Made by a program: the position numbers and the translations under genes
Notes under the pieces: model-generated
The model's input: the letters and a program-made list of their open reading frames with translations, nothing else
The model's database searches: none
What the model was told of the DNA's origin: nothing
Shown: piece by piece, positions 26,504 through 28,155 of the stretch
Layout: each line of letters starts with the position of its first letter
How positions within the stretch are numbered: the stretch's first letter is position 1
DNA from: Bacteroidales bacterium
Lineage (GTDB): Bacteria; Bacteroidota; Bacteroidia; Bacteroidales; WCHB1-69
Direction: 5' to 3'
NCBI GenBank assembly: GCA_031266895.1
Contig: JAISAD010000020.1
Coordinates: forward strand, 1-28,155
DNA: 28,155 nucleotides

Positions 26504-26927
26504 CTTTCCATTTTTAGCTTTCACTGTTGTTTTGTTATTATCTTGCACAGCCTCCAAATACGCTTCCAAAAATCTGTCCCTGCAATCCACCTATTGGACG
26601 CTTGTTTCTGTGGAAGGCGTGTCAATAGCAGAACTGCCCCAACTGAAAACACCCTGTATTATTTTTGACACCAATTATAAATTTCATGGCCATTTCGGCT
26701 GCAATCAGTTTTTTGGCGCTTATAATTTCGGAAAAAAAAAGGTGAGTATGGATTATGCCGGTGCAACCAAAAAGATATGCTCGGAAATGCAGATAGAAAA
26801 TCTGTTTAGTAAGGCATTGCACAAAGATATTAAGTACTATACCATTGCCGGCAGCACTCTGATTTTGAAAGATGCGCAGAAAAATGAGATTTTACGCTTT
26901 TTGTCAGACACAAAGCCAGAAGAGTAA
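26490..26927 (+). CDS. META-domain (DUF306/HslJ-like) lipoprotein
   Basis: It has a lipoprotein signal (LLLSCTAS). TYWTLVSVEG and GHFGCNQFFGAYNF resemble the HslJ META domain. Length is 145 aa. Confidence 0.5.
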   Translation: MKKISFPFLAFTVVLLLSCTASKYASKNLSLQSTYWTLVSVEGVSIAELPQLKTPCIIFDTNYKFHGHFGCNQFFGAYNFGKKKVSMDYAGATKKICSEMQIENLFSKALHKDIKYYTIAGSTLILKDAQKNEILRFLSDTKPEE

Positions 26928-26933
26928 TCCTTT

Positions 26934-27755
26934 TTGATTATGGAATGTTACAATCAGCCAATTGTTCTCAATGGAACGTTTTATTTTGCCTCCGATTTTC
27001 ATTTGGGAAGCCCCAACGAAATAGAGAGCAAAGCACGGGAGTTGTTGCTCATTAAGTGGCTGGATGAAATAAAAAAAGATGCCAGTTATCTTTTTTTATT
27101 GGGCGACATTTTTGATTTTTGGTTCGAATATCATGATGTTGTTCCCAAGGGCTATTACAAATTTTTGACTAAGCTGGCCGAATTGCGAGAAGCCGGCATC
27201 CAGATTTGGTGGTTTACGGGTAATCACGATATGTGGTTGAAAGACTACCTGCATAACGAGCTAAATATTAATATTATCCGCAAAGAAACTTTTTTTATGC
27301 TTAACGGGAAACACTGCCTGATTGGACACGGTGATGGACTTGGAGATGGTGATTTCGGATATAAATTGATTAAGGCCATCTTTGCATTCCGTTTTAATCA
27401 ATGGCTTTATGGATGGTTTCATCCGCGCATTGCCTTTGCCATTGCACGCTTCTTCTCACGCAAAAGTCGCACCATGACTGGTGCCGGCGAAGAGGTATAT
27501 GCAGGTAACGACAAGGAACTAATTACGCAACACGCCTATAATATTTTGCAGCACAATAATATAGAGTATTTTATATACGGACATCGTCATTTACCGTTAG
27601 AGGTCAAATTAACCGATAAGGCCACCTATTTCAATTGTGGCGACTGGATTATGCACTATACCTATTTGAAAATGGATATCAATGGAAATATCAAGCTTTT
27701 TACTAATCCGTGTTATTCTAAGCATATTTCCCAATCCCCGCTAGAAGAGGAATAA
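26934..27755 (+). CDS. lpxH: UDP-2,3-diacylglucosamine diphosphatase (LpxH-family calcineurin-like metallophosphoesterase)
   Basis: It has metallophosphoesterase motifs DFHLG, GDIFDFW, GNHD and GHGDGLGDGD, plus a C-terminal GHRH. The layout matches LpxH. Length is 273 aa. Confidence 0.7.
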   Translation: MIMECYNQPIVLNGTFYFASDFHLGSPNEIESKARELLLIKWLDEIKKDASYLFLLGDIFDFWFEYHDVVPKGYYKFLTKLAELREAGIQIWWFTGNHDMWLKDYLHNELNINIIRKETFFMLNGKHCLIGHGDGLGDGDFGYKLIKAIFAFRFNQWLYGWFHPRIAFAIARFFSRKSRTMTGAGEEVYAGNDKELITQHAYNILQHNNIEYFIYGHRHLPLEVKLTDKATYFNCGDWIMHYTYLKMDINGNIKLFTNPCYSKHISQSPLEEE

Positions 27756-27776
27756 ATAAAAATTCCTTTCCCCTCT

Positions 27777-28154
27777 TCAATCCCACTTTTTCATCTCCCT
27801 GACCTTTACCTCGTCCACGACTTTGGCATAGATTAGGGTAGTTTTCAGGCTGGTGTGTCCCAGCAGCCTGCTCACTACCTCTATCGGGATGCCCAGCTGC
27901 AGGGAGAGAGTGGCAAAAGTGTGCCGCGCCACATGGCAGGTGAGATGGGTGCCAATGCCGCAGCTCCTGCCAATGTCCTGCAGGATCCTGTTGGTAGTCT
28001 TGTTGCAATACACTTTAAAGATTGGCAGGGTTTCCCCCTTGCCCTGCGCGAGACTCTCTGTTTTTTTATTTCCCTGCGCGTCTTCCCTTTCCTGCGCGGG
28101 TAAGGCAGGAACAGCGGGTGGGGGAAAGTGTGCAGTCATCGCCTCATCCAGCAA
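27777..28154 (-). CDS. Tyrosine recombinase/integrase, C-terminal catalytic part. The 5' end of the gene lies beyond the window end. It is a paralog of the gene at 2-379.
   Basis: The 125-aa translation is identical to the 2-379 product except for two residues (GKAENL versus GKGETL). It has the same catalytic residues and a stop at 27777-27779. Confidence 0.85.
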   Translation of the reverse strand: MLDEAMTAHFPPPAVPALPAQEREDAQGNKKTESLAQGKGETLPIFKVYCNKTTNRILQDIGRSCGIGTHLTCHVARHTFATLSLQLGIPIEVVSRLLGHTSLKTTLIYAKVVDEVKVREMKKWD

Positions 28155-28155
28155 C
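27777..28155. repeat. Right arm of the inverted repeat that pairs with 1-379
   Basis: It is the reverse complement of 1-379 at about 97% identity. Divergence begins immediately past the stop codon on the inner side. Confidence 0.9.

Noticed and set aside
1-28155. A search for CRISPR arrays, IS elements, toxin-antitoxin pairs, retron/DGR-like features and tandem repeats
   Set aside because: There are no regularly spaced direct repeats, no transposase-like ORFs and no small adjacent gene pairs of toxin-antitoxin type. The only long repeat is the terminal inverted recombinase sequence.

Overview
This 28.2-kb window looks like a Bacteroidota (Bacteroidales-like) chromosomal segment of about 40% GC. 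The basis is gene content, TAnnTTTG-type promoter cores, an S46 peptidase and an NfeD-flotillin pair. The window begins and ends with the 3' ends of two convergent, roughly 97%-identical tyrosine-recombinase genes. The first and last ~75 nt are exact reverse complements, and homology stops at the stop codons. About 27.4 kb of mostly housekeeping genes lies between them: uvrB, an NfeD2/flotillin operon, divergent folB and apt, ilvE, a murG outside any dcw cluster, an S46 dipeptidyl-peptidase, a PlsC-type acyltransferase and a SIMPL-domain protein. A minus-strand block follows, comprising an FAH-family gene, a NupG-like MFS permease, an RseC-like protein, pstB, phoU, a response regulator and a sensor kinase. 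The remaining genes are a LuxE-like acyl-protein synthetase, uvrA, an Fe-alcohol dehydrogenase, an OlsB/GlsB-like N-acyltransferase, engB, a META-domain lipoprotein and lpxH. I found no rRNA, tRNA, CRISPR array, IS element or recognisable defence or toxin module. The observations that most deserve follow-up are the inverted recombinase paralogs bracketing core genes (a possible large invertible segment) and an 11-bp perfect palindrome just upstream of uvrB. Two further ones are a pstB-phoU-two-component block with no pstSCA and a tightly coupled NupG-like/RseC-like pair in its place, and a murG outside any dcw context. I cannot honestly point to a clearly novel system in this window. All calls rest on protein motifs I recognise by eye; no searches were run.
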